DNA of 64,000 nucleotides from a virus (lineage: Duplodnaviria; Heunggongvirae; Uroviricota; Caudoviricetes). The stretch is taken from IMG/VR virus record IMGVR_UViG_3300042401_002002; one strand, written 5' to 3'. Both the position numbers and the translations under genes were made by a program. How positions within the stretch are numbered: position 1 is the stretch's first letter; every line of letters begins with the position of its first letter. Below the pieces are notes generated by a model. It saw nothing but the letters and a program-made list of their open reading frames with translations, did no database searches and was not told the origin of the DNA. This document shows, piece by piece, positions 49,845 to 59,798 of this stretch.

Positions 49845-51128
49845 TTAATACAAAACTTTAAACGTATGTCCGCAAGGAGTTGGTTGGTTTAGTTTTATTG
49901 CTGTTGAGATTAATTTACCCATCCACTGAGCTTTAACATCATCTTTTTTGATTCGTTCAGCAATTTTAATTATTTCTAACTCTTCAAAGATAAATTCACC
50001 ATCTTTATAGACTTCATAACCTGTGATATAACCTTCTTTTTTAACAAACGTTGGTTCGTAGTTCCAGAAATAACCAAATGCTAATCTTTTATTTTGGATA
50101 GCACGAGAGATTGTTGATGTACTATTATCTTTTTGGTTTAATGTTCTGCAAGCTTCAGCTACTGTTTTGAAGTTACCTATTAGTTCACCTTTTCTATCAA
50201 ACTGATAAATAATGTTATGTTGATGTTTGTAAACTTTATTTTCTTCAATCTTTTCAAAATAATTGTTTACGTCTTCAATAGTTGAATCAATTTTAAAGAA
50301 ATGATATTTACCACCTTTAAATGGAAAATTAGGTTTCCAATGAATATTAGTATTAAACTGTTCATTAAATTCTTTTAATGTATCAAAATCACCAATTTTT
50401 TCACGTTCAGTGTTATACACAGATATTTTGTCATGATTCTGTTTATATTCATCACCGTGATATTCTAATCGAAAACCATCTTTAAATATTTTACCACTTT
50501 TTAAATGATGTGCTACAGATGCTGGTGTATATGTTATTCCTGTAAGGGTTAAATATTCAGTTACAAGATTTATATTTTTAAATGTTTGGATAAAATCATC
50601 ATTTTTATATAAATCAACTTTTGTTGACCTGTCTTTTGGTGGTTCGTGAAATATACCGTCATAAGACCACATGAAACCTTTGTAAGATTCGTGACATCTT
50701 TCAGCCTTATTGAATTGTCCCATTTTTCTACGACCTGTGTAATGAAGATGTGCTTCAACAGCATCATCCCAAATTTTAATTAAATTGCCTTCTAGGTCAA
50801 ATTGGTGAACTGGGATTTTTACATGAACTTTTGGATATTTAGGGTGGGAATAACATACTGTTTTAGCCATATTATAATAACCATAAATATCCATGTATTC
50901 TTGTTCATCTTTATTTCTGTTATCATGATTAGTTTCTTTTAAAATTTTAAATTCAAAATTTTCGCCACCATGTTTATTCCAACCGTTTTGTAATTTACTA
51001 CAAACATGTGTACCTTTTTTAAGCAATCTTTTGTGTTCCGAAAATCTTCTTTCAGTTTCAAAAGCTGAACCAATATACATGTTACCTGTTATTTTATTTA
51101 CTATCGCGTAAATATAAGCTTTCCTCAT
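49845..51128 (-). CDS. GIY-YIG homing endonuclease with NUMOD1-like repeats
   Basis: YIY.I.N......YIGS...R..EH...L; repeats VHQFDLEG.LI and IYQFDRKGELI. Confidence 0.88.
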   Translation of the reverse strand: MRKAYIYAIVNKITGNMYIGSAFETERRFSEHKRLLKKGTHVCSKLQNGWNKHGGENFEFKILKETNHDNRNKDEQEYMDIYGYYNMAKTVCYSHPKYPKVHVKIPVHQFDLEGNLIKIWDDAVEAHLHYTGRRKMGQFNKAERCHESYKGFMWSYDGIFHEPPKDRSTKVDLYKNDDFIQTFKNINLVTEYLTLTGITYTPASVAHHLKSGKIFKDGFRLEYHGDEYKQNHDKISVYNTEREKIGDFDTLKEFNEQFNTNIHWKPNFPFKGGKYHFFKIDSTIEDVNNYFEKIEENKVYKHQHNIIYQFDRKGELIGNFKTVAEACRTLNQKDNSTSTISRAIQNKRLAFGYFWNYEPTFVKKEGYITGYEVYKDGEFIFEELEIIKIAERIKKDDVKAQWMGKLISTAIKLNQPTPCGHTFKVLY

Positions 51129-51187
51129 TTGTTTTATTTATGTTTAGTTGGACCAATACTATATTGGTCCGTTAATTAGTTTAGTTG

Positions 51188-54100
51188 TTATAGATTATCA
51201 ATAATTTGTTGGTATTTTACATATTGACCACCTTTGAAAACAGTAACCCAGTATTCATTACCAATCTTTAGAAAAACAATATCATCTTCTTTGTGTGATT
51301 GTTTTTCAATTTTAAGATTCATGTTGTGTTTTCTTAAAATATCTCTAGTCCTTTTATATAAATCGTAATAATTATCACGTTTATCATATTTTACATCACA
51401 AGTAAATTCCTCGAAAATAATAGATGGGTCTATTTGAAATCTATTCCATGCTTCCATTTCCCTGTTTTCCATTTTGAATAGAACTTTTGATTCTTCAACT
51501 TTCTTTTTACCCTTACCAGTAGTTTTTTGTTCTTTTACTACTTCAACTTTAGGTTCGGTTTCTTCAGTTTTGTATTCAAAAAGACTATCTATATCTTTCT
51601 TTTCGTAAGGATATGTTTCATAGGTCCAAGATGTTAATACCATTTCTTCATCTGTGAAATATTTACGATTATTTGGATTAAAACCCTTAGTTTTAACTTT
51701 TTTACCGTTACTATCAATGGTTGTAGTCGCTTCTTGTTTTAAAATTAGATTTTCACCAACATATTGTTTAAAACAAACTGTTAAAGGTTCGACTTTCTTA
51801 TTAAATGCGTCACAGTATAAATCTCTGTTGTATTTCACAATAGAATTTAGGTCATCTTTATCAATTAACTCACAATACATATTACCATCTTTGTCAACTT
51901 TATTATTTGCTTGTGCTGAACTATTTCCAGTGTTTACAAAGTAATAAATCTCACCTAAGTCAGGATGCGTTAAATCATTGTCAATAATTAATTCAAAGTG
52001 TGGTTGTTTTGACTTAACCGCACCATTTTTATTACCATGTATTGCAAAGTATGGTGTTATTACTGTTTGAATAAATGTATTAAAACCATCTTCTGACATT
52101 AAATCAAATGTGTTAATACATTTTTCATACCACTCTCCAAATGAATCATAATTTTCATAACTTTTTAATAAGTTAGCTAATTCCATTGGTACTTCTGAAT
52201 TAATATAATTATATTTCAGTAAGTTTTTAATTTTTTTATCAAAACTAGTACCTGGAATTTTATTGATATATTCAATTGGTTGGTGTTTAACTTCTAAAGG
52301 TAATAATAACTCAAGTTGGTTCTCAACTTTCTTTTTAGCTGCTTTAGGTTTTCTTCCAATCTTTTTTAAATAACCTTCATGTGATGTCTCATGAAATAAC
52401 ATTTTAATGAGGTTAGGTAAATGAACTTTTTGAATGTAACTTGTAACCTTCATTTTTATTTTAGTCTTACTAGCCACATCAATTGCTGGTATTTCATTGT
52501 AATAAATTTTGTTGAATGTGTTATAATAAAGTTCAACAAATTCTTTTGGTTCGTTTTTAATTAAATGTTTAATACCTGTATCTAAAAAATCTTCAATATA
52601 TTTTGGCATTGTCGAAGATTTAATTGAGTTACCAACCATTTTTAGTTTAGATTTTTTAGTCATAGTTTTTTTATCAAACTCAACTTCATAAGAAACATAA
52701 TTTTTACGAGCTAAGTTTAATGAGTTTAACCATTCACCATCATCATCAACAGTCATGAAGTCACAAAACATTAAATCATTGAATCTTGGTACAAAACAAT
52801 CTTCTCTTCTATATTCATTACCAAACCTATCTTTATAGTCGAAATAACCTGCATCAACAGGGTTTGGTAATTTATTGCCATCTAAATCATATTCAAAAAC
52901 ACTTGGTATTACACTATTAAGACCATCAGTATCACAAACTGCTGGTTGCATACCTAATTTATACATAAAATGTGTCATTTTTCTAAGATATTGTCTTCCT
53001 GAACACGTAATTCTTTCTGCAATATTTTTTGTATCAGACCAATAAAAGAAAATACTACCATTAGCACCAAAGTTACTATTGTTAAATATTTTTAGAGGTA
53101 ACTGTTTGGCTTTATATAAATTTCGCATTACAGGGTCTGGGTCTGTAACTGCTAGTTTTTTATATAAAGTTCTATTAGCACCCATAAATTTTAATAGTCT
53201 TCTAAGGATTCCAAGAACGTCAGTTTTGGGGAATAAATCATATTCTAGCTGCAAATTTGGGTATAAGCTTCCAAAATCTGCCTTCTTTATGAAACTTCCT
53301 TTACTATTTATCAAATTTCCAAGCATAAAAGTTGCTGAAATACCACCAACAAAATCATGTTTTTCTTTCTCTGGTTTAGGTATAGCTAACCTATTTTTGT
53401 AACTCCAATCAGTCATTAATAAGTTCCATGAAGAAGCACCACCAATTGAACAAGTTCTAGGGAATGATGTTGATAACCATTTTGATACCATGAAACTTGC
53501 TTCGTTATATATACTATCAATTTGAAAAGTTTCCCATAAGTCATCTAGTAAATATTGGTGTACTATTTCACTGCCTTTAATATAGTCAGTTTTATCTGGG
53601 TGTTCACTTTTAAAAGTGTCTAATAAAACACTACCATTTTCAACATCAACTTGTAAAATATCAGGTATTTTCACATACTCATTATTTTCTTTGTTAATTA
53701 AATACCAAAGATTTTCTTTATAGATTTTATAAATATCATTACCTTCAACATACATACGGTTAGGTTTGTTTGCTTTGTTGAATTTTGTAATATATTTAAG
53801 ACCTGTTGCTTTAATATCACTATTGATAGCTTTTGCACGTCTAACAGCATGTAATGTATCAATTACGTTGGTATAGAAAACACCTTCAATAGATAGACCA
53901 GTTTGTTCGTAATCTTCAGTCTCACCACCAAGTTTAATACTTGTTTTTGTTCTAGTAATAGTTAAAATCTTGCTTAAGTCAATATTTAGTATTTTTGCTC
54001 TAACAATAAAGAAGTTAAAGTCAAAGTTTTCACTATTGTAACCAAAAACAATACTTGGTTTTAATTCAACAATATAATTAAAGAAATCAATAATAATTTT

Positions 54101-54817
54101 TCTTTCGCTTTCATCATCATCTTCTTTCTCTACTGTTAAAACTTTATTAAAACCACGATTATCTGACATACCAACCATGAAAATTCTCTTTTCAGTAGCT
54201 AATAAACCAGTAGTTTCAATATCGAAACATAGTCTATGTACATCGTTGTAAAATTCAAAATCCTTAAACAATTTGATTCCTTTTTGAATCATAACTTGTT
54301 CGTTAGATTTGATATTAAAAAATAATTTAGTACCATCTTCATCTTTGGACCATAAACCTAACCCACCTTCTTTAAAGAAAGCAACAATATTATTATATGA
54401 TTTACTAGATTTAACTAACCATTTATAACCTTGGTCAAGTCTATCAACAACCTTACTTTCTTTATCAACTGTTCTTAAAGACTGAAATGTAATACCGTGT
54501 TTTTCCATAGCTTTATACTTCCAAGCCATGTCACCTTTATAAAACTTACTTTTGAAAGCTGAAATATCTTTCATCCATAAAAAAGGTTCGTATGTTATTT
54601 GTTCAACTTTTTTAACTCCATCAACATCTGAAACAACATAAGCTTTGTTGCTTGTTTCATCAGCTATAACATTTGTAACATGTATCGGTGAATTTACACC
54701 TTCTAAGAAGTCTGTTAGTTCTTTATCTTCTACTTTTGGTGATGAAGCTTGTTTTTTTTGCTCTTCTTTTATTTCCTCAGCCATATTATTACCTTTATTG
54801 AATCGTAAAAATGACAA
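51188..54817 (-). CDS. family B DNA polymerase
   Basis: Exo FDIET, GYNSENFD, YLLDD; Pol DFGSLYP, K...NSNFG, CDTDG, KNY. Confidence 0.93.
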   Translation of the reverse strand: MSFLRFNKGNNMAEEIKEEQKKQASSPKVEDKELTDFLEGVNSPIHVTNVIADETSNKAYVVSDVDGVKKVEQITYEPFLWMKDISAFKSKFYKGDMAWKYKAMEKHGITFQSLRTVDKESKVVDRLDQGYKWLVKSSKSYNNIVAFFKEGGLGLWSKDEDGTKLFFNIKSNEQVMIQKGIKLFKDFEFYNDVHRLCFDIETTGLLATEKRIFMVGMSDNRGFNKVLTVEKEDDDESERKIIIDFFNYIVELKPSIVFGYNSENFDFNFFIVRAKILNIDLSKILTITRTKTSIKLGGETEDYEQTGLSIEGVFYTNVIDTLHAVRRAKAINSDIKATGLKYITKFNKANKPNRMYVEGNDIYKIYKENLWYLINKENNEYVKIPDILQVDVENGSVLLDTFKSEHPDKTDYIKGSEIVHQYLLDDLWETFQIDSIYNEASFMVSKWLSTSFPRTCSIGGASSWNLLMTDWSYKNRLAIPKPEKEKHDFVGGISATFMLGNLINSKGSFIKKADFGSLYPNLQLEYDLFPKTDVLGILRRLLKFMGANRTLYKKLAVTDPDPVMRNLYKAKQLPLKIFNNSNFGANGSIFFYWSDTKNIAERITCSGRQYLRKMTHFMYKLGMQPAVCDTDGLNSVIPSVFEYDLDGNKLPNPVDAGYFDYKDRFGNEYRREDCFVPRFNDLMFCDFMTVDDDGEWLNSLNLARKNYVSYEVEFDKKTMTKKSKLKMVGNSIKSSTMPKYIEDFLDTGIKHLIKNEPKEFVELYYNTFNKIYYNEIPAIDVASKTKIKMKVTSYIQKVHLPNLIKMLFHETSHEGYLKKIGRKPKAAKKKVENQLELLLPLEVKHQPIEYINKIPGTSFDKKIKNLLKYNYINSEVPMELANLLKSYENYDSFGEWYEKCINTFDLMSEDGFNTFIQTVITPYFAIHGNKNGAVKSKQPHFELIIDNDLTHPDLGEIYYFVNTGNSSAQANNKVDKDGNMYCELIDKDDLNSIVKYNRDLYCDAFNKKVEPLTVCFKQYVGENLILKQEATTTIDSNGKKVKTKGFNPNNRKYFTDEEMVLTSWTYETYPYEKKDIDSLFEYKTEETEPKVEVVKEQKTTGKGKKKVEESKVLFKMENREMEAWNRFQIDPSIIFEEFTCDVKYDKRDNYYDLYKRTRDILRKHNMNLKIEKQSHKEDDIVFLKIGNEYWVTVFKGGQYVKYQQIIDNL

Positions 54818-54934
54818 TAAAAAATGTAAAAAACAACTAAATGAGTTAAATTATTTTTATATAAAACAAAAAACTCTTTTAATTAATTTTAAAAGAGTTT
54901 TTATTACATGTATAATATTACTTTTTAATATTGT

Positions 54935-55819
54935 CTAAGACCAACCATCAAAATTACTGACAATACAATCAATAATTGTATTCACATCTACATCAAAACT
55001 GTAAGCAGATATACCATAATAAGGTGAACAATCAGTTACTGTAACTACAGGGTCACCGCAACCTAATATTTGAGTTTTGCTTGATAGATTTAGTATGTGT
55101 GTTGGGTTAGGGTCACTAGTGATAATAGTTTCATATTTTATTTCAGTTGTTAAATTATTATTACATATATTTACACTATTGTCAGCAATTTGGTCATTTA
55201 ATGTTTCAGTTGTAATACTAAACGCAATATTTTTAATACTGAATGTATTGTTTGAGTTTGTTTGAATACCTGTTATGATTGATATGTTATTTTGATATTC
55301 CGGTTTAATATTATTTGTTATATTGTTTAATATATATGTATCAATTTCAGTTTTACTATTGAAAATTAAATTTTTACCTGTATAAACTGAATATTGTTTG
55401 TTGTTTATAAATACATTTAAACCATTAAAATATAAGTTATAAATCAATGATGATTCAACACAATTAATTAAACTATTGTTTGTTGTATTATCAATTAAGT
55501 TAACTAAATAACGTTTTGTTTTGATTAAATTTTGTGGTAAATAATTAATTAAATATTTTATGTTATTATGTTTAGTTCCATCTAAACAATTTGGTTCTGT
55601 ACCGGATATATCTGATACAAAGTTAACTTTTAGAATATTGTCTGGATTGGTTGATTGGTTGTAATTTGTGTCGCTATCACCTAAACTAAAATAACTAGCT
55701 TTCATACCAGTTTTTCTACCTTTTAAACCACCGTTTAAATAACCTTTACCTTTATCAGTCCAATAAACTAATAAATCAATATCACATATATCTGAGTTAG
55801 TATCTTTAATGTATCCCAT
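54935..55819 (-). CDS. putative structural protein
   Basis: N-terminus MGYIKD..T.KGK..FSLGDSDTNY shared with the neighbouring gene. Confidence 0.55.
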   Translation of the reverse strand: MGYIKDTNSDICDIDLLVYWTDKGKGYLNGGLKGRKTGMKASYFSLGDSDTNYNQSTNPDNILKVNFVSDISGTEPNCLDGTKHNNIKYLINYLPQNLIKTKRYLVNLIDNTTNNSLINCVESSLIYNLYFNGLNVFINNKQYSVYTGKNLIFNSKTEIDTYILNNITNNIKPEYQNNISIITGIQTNSNNTFSIKNIAFSITTETLNDQIADNSVNICNNNLTTEIKYETIITSDPNPTHILNLSSKTQILGCGDPVVTVTDCSPYYGISAYSFDVDVNTIIDCIVSNFDGWS

Positions 55820-55823
55820 ATTG

Positions 55824-57230
55824 TTATTTTAATATTGTGGTTTGGTTAGTGTCAGTTACATTGTATTCAATAGTATAAATATCTCCAGGTTCCACTGATT
55901 GTGATTCAATATCTATATATCTGCCATTAGGTATTGAAATTAAATTTTCATATTCAACAACTATTATATCATAATTATTATCAGGTAATGTATGATATAC
56001 ATTATTTTTATAAAAATCAGGAAATATATACTGACTTGTTAGTTTAGTTGACCCAAATTCTATTTCTACTGCTGTATTGTTATATAATTGTGTTTTATTA
56101 ATGACAATACCTTTTGTTGAAAAATCTTTGTTTCCAGGTATGTAAGATGTATTTAAATTATCTATTTCAATATCGGTTAATTGTGTATTGTAATAATCTG
56201 CTGAGTTTACTATATATATGTTTTTAATTATATCACCATACCATATACCACCAATTCTTCTAGCACCAATACCTAATTTAAAAATATAACCCATTATACT
56301 ACCATTTAATATTTTAGGGGTTATTGGGTCAAATGTAAATTTTTTATTTAAAATACTTGTTTTTATTGAGTTACCATAAAAATTAACACTACCTGTAGAT
56401 TTAGCTGATATTGGTGTTAAATTTAAATTATTTACAATATTTTGATATGTATCATTTAAATATTTATTTATTTTATTGTTGTTATCATTGAATGTTTTAC
56501 TATTAAAAATTTCAGGTAAATAGTTTAACGTAACTTTTGGATAAATAAAAGGAAATTGTAATGGTGGTGTAGTTTTAATTATGTTTTGTTTTACTCTACC
56601 GCTACTGTAATACGTAATTGTACCATTCGTATCAGCTATTGATTGACCATTGGTGTTTAAATAATTTAAAGCTAAATTATCAGCTTCTAATTGAGATACA
56701 GTACTAGTTTTGTAACCATAAGGTAATGACACTGTATAATCATCAATAGAGGTTCTTTGATACTGTAAATCTGGTGATGAACCATCATCATACGGTAGAT
56801 TTGCTGTTATTTTAGGTGTAAATATTTTAGAAACAGGGTTTGAATAATAAACAAAACCACATTGTGTACTATTTAATGTTTCAATTGTTTGAACAGTACC
56901 ATCAGGATTTTGATATTTTTGAATTAATGTATTGTCTACAGTACAGTATGATGAAATTAACACACCTTTTGGGTCTTTATTGATAATGTAATTAATGTTT
57001 AGTCCTGATGATAAGCTACTATTACATTCATTATATTCACCACTTAATGCAGGTATGAAATTTCTAGTCAATATATTTCCATTCGTTGTTAGTTGATAGT
57101 TCGTGTCACTATCACCAACAACAAAATGTGTTATTGTTATGTCTTGTTCAGAACCATTAAGATATAAATTTTTACCTTTTTGAGTTAAAAAACAAGTTAG
57201 TTCGATATTTGAATCTTTAATGTATGCCAT
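55824..57230 (-). CDS. putative structural protein
   Basis: MAYIKD..LTQKGK..FVVGDSDTNY; internal S.VSQ.EAD..A...L..NGQ..A (DUF5977-like); CTATTTA upstream. Confidence 0.55.
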   Translation of the reverse strand: MAYIKDSNIELTCFLTQKGKNLYLNGSEQDITITHFVVGDSDTNYQLTTNGNILTRNFIPALSGEYNECNSSLSSGLNINYIINKDPKGVLISSYCTVDNTLIQKYQNPDGTVQTIETLNSTQCGFVYYSNPVSKIFTPKITANLPYDDGSSPDLQYQRTSIDDYTVSLPYGYKTSTVSQLEADNLALNYLNTNGQSIADTNGTITYYSSGRVKQNIIKTTPPLQFPFIYPKVTLNYLPEIFNSKTFNDNNNKINKYLNDTYQNIVNNLNLTPISAKSTGSVNFYGNSIKTSILNKKFTFDPITPKILNGSIMGYIFKLGIGARRIGGIWYGDIIKNIYIVNSADYYNTQLTDIEIDNLNTSYIPGNKDFSTKGIVINKTQLYNNTAVEIEFGSTKLTSQYIFPDFYKNNVYHTLPDNNYDIIVVEYENLISIPNGRYIDIESQSVEPGDIYTIEYNVTDTNQTTILK

Positions 57231-57268
57231 ACAAATTTAAATAGTGATGAAAATAATTTTAGGATTAT

Positions 57269-57294
57269 TGAAACCTTTTATTTAGTTTTACGTT
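57269..57294 (+). promoter_or_regulatory. promoter TGAAAC-N16-CGTT
   Basis: Upstream of 57319. Confidence 0.6.
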
Positions 57295-57318
57295 AGAATA
57301 GTTAAACTAATAATTAAT

Positions 57319-57801
57319 ATGGAAAATAGTATTAAAGAAATCAGTAATTTCTTAAAACCAAGTACTACTTATTTAATGCCTTGCGGAAATTTATTTGAAT
57401 CGGATTATATTAGTACAAGAAGTATGTTGTTTAAAATAACTTCTAAGTGTGATGAACTGTTAGAAACATGCTCAATAGGTAATCTTGATGATTGGTTAAT
57501 AAATGATTCAGGTTTGAAAAAATGTGGAAATAGTGTGTATCAATTAACGGTTAATAAATTGTCGGATTATATTTTATATAGAACCGTAAATAAAAGACCT
57601 TTAACTATAAAAGCTGGGGATAAGTTTTTGTTCCCTGAATTTAAACCATTTATAAAAACTATCTATGAATTTGATAAAAACCCTTGGAATAAAAGTATTA
57701 TAGACGGTTTTTGTACTTACGATGGTTCATATTCGTTACATAGAGCTTTTAAATCATATAGTAATTGTATAAATTATATTATCTTACAACCTGAAATATA
57801 A
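57319..57801 (+). CDS. hypothetical protein
   Basis: 160 aa ORF. Confidence 0.55.
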   Translation: MENSIKEISNFLKPSTTYLMPCGNLFESDYISTRSMLFKITSKCDELLETCSIGNLDDWLINDSGLKKCGNSVYQLTVNKLSDYILYRTVNKRPLTIKAGDKFLFPEFKPFIKTIYEFDKNPWNKSIIDGFCTYDGSYSLHRAFKSYSNCINYIILQPEI

Positions 57802-57935
57802 ATGTTAATTAATATGGAAAATTACTCAAAACTTAGATTAGAAACGTATCAACAAGCTGTTAAAGATGGTAAAGTGAATGATTCACCTTTAGCATGGCAC
57901 ATTTGGAAAAGAAACTTTAATATAAATCAGAAATA

Positions 57936-58235
57936 ATGAATAAATTAAGAAGATTTTTGAACATTCCTAGTAAACAACAAATGTCTTTAATAGAAAAAGA
58001 TATTTTGTTTGTTAAGGAATTAGCTGAAAAAGAAAATAAAAAACGTTGGTCGGATGATTATGATAACGTACAAAAATTAAACAGTACATGCCCAGTTTGT
58101 AGAAAAACTGATGTTGTTAATAAAATTGCTGAAACTAAAGGTAATAAATATTCAACATATACTGAACCTGTTAATCATTGTAATTCTTGCGGAAATCAGT
58201 GGGTTAAATGTTCTAAAAACCATATAAATCATTAA
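57936..58235 (+). pseudogene. zinc-ribbon protein truncated by tnpB element; 3' part at 59625-59739
   Basis: CPVC...CNSCGNQW; joining 58207 to 59625 continues in frame as KYKLVQTYYSRTCDNL...KPIL*. Confidence 0.7.
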
Positions 58236-59624
58236 AATTTATACAGTTAATTTCATAAAAGGTTTGAATCTGTTGATACATACTTCAACTCGAATATATC
58301 CCTTACTTTTATTGGGTTGAACAATAACCCACTATCAATTATCTTACTAACGTAAGAATCAAAGACTACTTTTCTCATGATGTTAACCGCTCCGTTAACA
58401 TCTGCGTTTATTAAACCCTTAGCTGATTGAAATAACCCTCGTTGAACTCTTTTATTAACTTTAAAGAACCCGTTTGGTATCGCTTCACCATACTTATACA
58501 ATTTCTCTAATATTAGAGAATCTGTTTTTGAGGTATAACTTTCTTCCGTTTCAGTTACTTTTATACCTACCATTTCACACTTATATTTAATCTTATTTAA
58601 CAGATTTAAATAAGATATGTAACAGAATTTTTGGTTATTAATTCTACCAATATCAATGGAGTCCTTCCATTGTTTGTTGTAACCAACTATTAAATTACCT
58701 ATCTTATTATCTACTAAATAATCTACAATGTATCTACTTATTTTATGATATAAATCATTCAATGTGTTCTCTCTGTCTACATATAAATTCTTAATTTGTT
58801 CAGTTAAACCCTTAGTACCTTGTCTAACTTTAATTGAAGTTAATCTAGCTAGTTCTTTGTTAAAGAACTGATTGTAACTTTTAATTTGATTACCGCTAAG
58901 TAAAACAGGATTTGTAAATGAACTAACCAAGGTCACTAAGTTATTAACACCTAAGTCAATTGAAGCGTGTTCATCGTAGTTAACATCTTTGTTTTCAATA
59001 TGTTTTTCATAAATAATTTCAACTTTGATGTAATTTTTTTTAGATATCAACCTAACTTGATTAAAGTTTTTAATTAATTCTTTGTATTTATCAAACTGTG
59101 GTATATATATTTTTAATGTTTTAGACAAGTGAATATAACCGTCATCTTTAATAATACAAGCTTGGTTTGTATAAATCAAGTTAGATAAACAATTTTTACC
59201 TTTGAAGTTAGGTAATTTAGGTTTACCTTTATACTTAGTTGGGTTATTTGACCAATCTTTAACGGCAGCAATGTAAGATTTAACATCTTGTTCAAGAACC
59301 TTTAGTGTCTGTTGAGCAACTTGAGCTTTAAGTAATTTATAATTAACAGCACCTTCAAGATTAGTTTTACATTTCATTAACACATCTAAGTCTTTATAAA
59401 ACAAAAACTTACCTTCGTTATTAAGGTTTGTTTTAACTTCATAAAGAGCTTGGTTATAAAGGTTGTTAGCAACTTTACAAAGCTCAGTTAGATGAGTGGA
59501 TGTGTTAATGTCAAATGTGTAAACTAATTGCATTGATTATGTTATTAAATGTTATTTATTATAAATAGTAAAAATTATTAAAATAATTTGATATTATAGA
59601 ATAAATTCTATAATTTTAGATACC
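58208..59624 (-). mobile_element. tnpB-only insertion element, copy 2 (1417 bp)
   Basis: Ends homologous to copy 1; removal restores the reading frame of the flanking gene. Confidence 0.8.
58253..59533 (-). CDS. tnpB: RNA-guided endonuclease TnpB
   Basis: Same motifs as 21528..22808; roughly 33 of 426 residues differ by hand count. Confidence 0.92.
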   Translation of the reverse strand: MQLVYTFDINTSTHLTELCKVANNLYNQALYEVKTNLNNEGKFLFYKDLDVLMKCKTNLEGAVNYKLLKAQVAQQTLKVLEQDVKSYIAAVKDWSNNPTKYKGKPKLPNFKGKNCLSNLIYTNQACIIKDDGYIHLSKTLKIYIPQFDKYKELIKNFNQVRLISKKNYIKVEIIYEKHIENKDVNYDEHASIDLGVNNLVTLVSSFTNPVLLSGNQIKSYNQFFNKELARLTSIKVRQGTKGLTEQIKNLYVDRENTLNDLYHKISRYIVDYLVDNKIGNLIVGYNKQWKDSIDIGRINNQKFCYISYLNLLNKIKYKCEMVGIKVTETEESYTSKTDSLILEKLYKYGEAIPNGFFKVNKRVQRGLFQSAKGLINADVNGAVNIMRKVVFDSYVSKIIDSGLLFNPIKVRDIFELKYVSTDSNLL

Positions 59625-59745
59625 ATATAAATTGGTTCAAACATATTACAGTAGAACTTGTGATAATTTATCATTATCGAATTTAAGAACAAAGTTTAAG
59701 TCTGTATATGATATTGTTGAAACTAAACCTATTTTATAAAAACAA

Positions 59746-59778
59746 AAAAACCTCTCCTAGTAATTAAGAGAGGTTTTT
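59746..59778. terminator. conserved terminator hairpin
   Basis: Directly after the stop of the reconstructed zinc-ribbon gene and convergent 59799..61862. Confidence 0.7.
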
Positions 59779-59798
59779 CTTTTTAAAAATACTTTATA

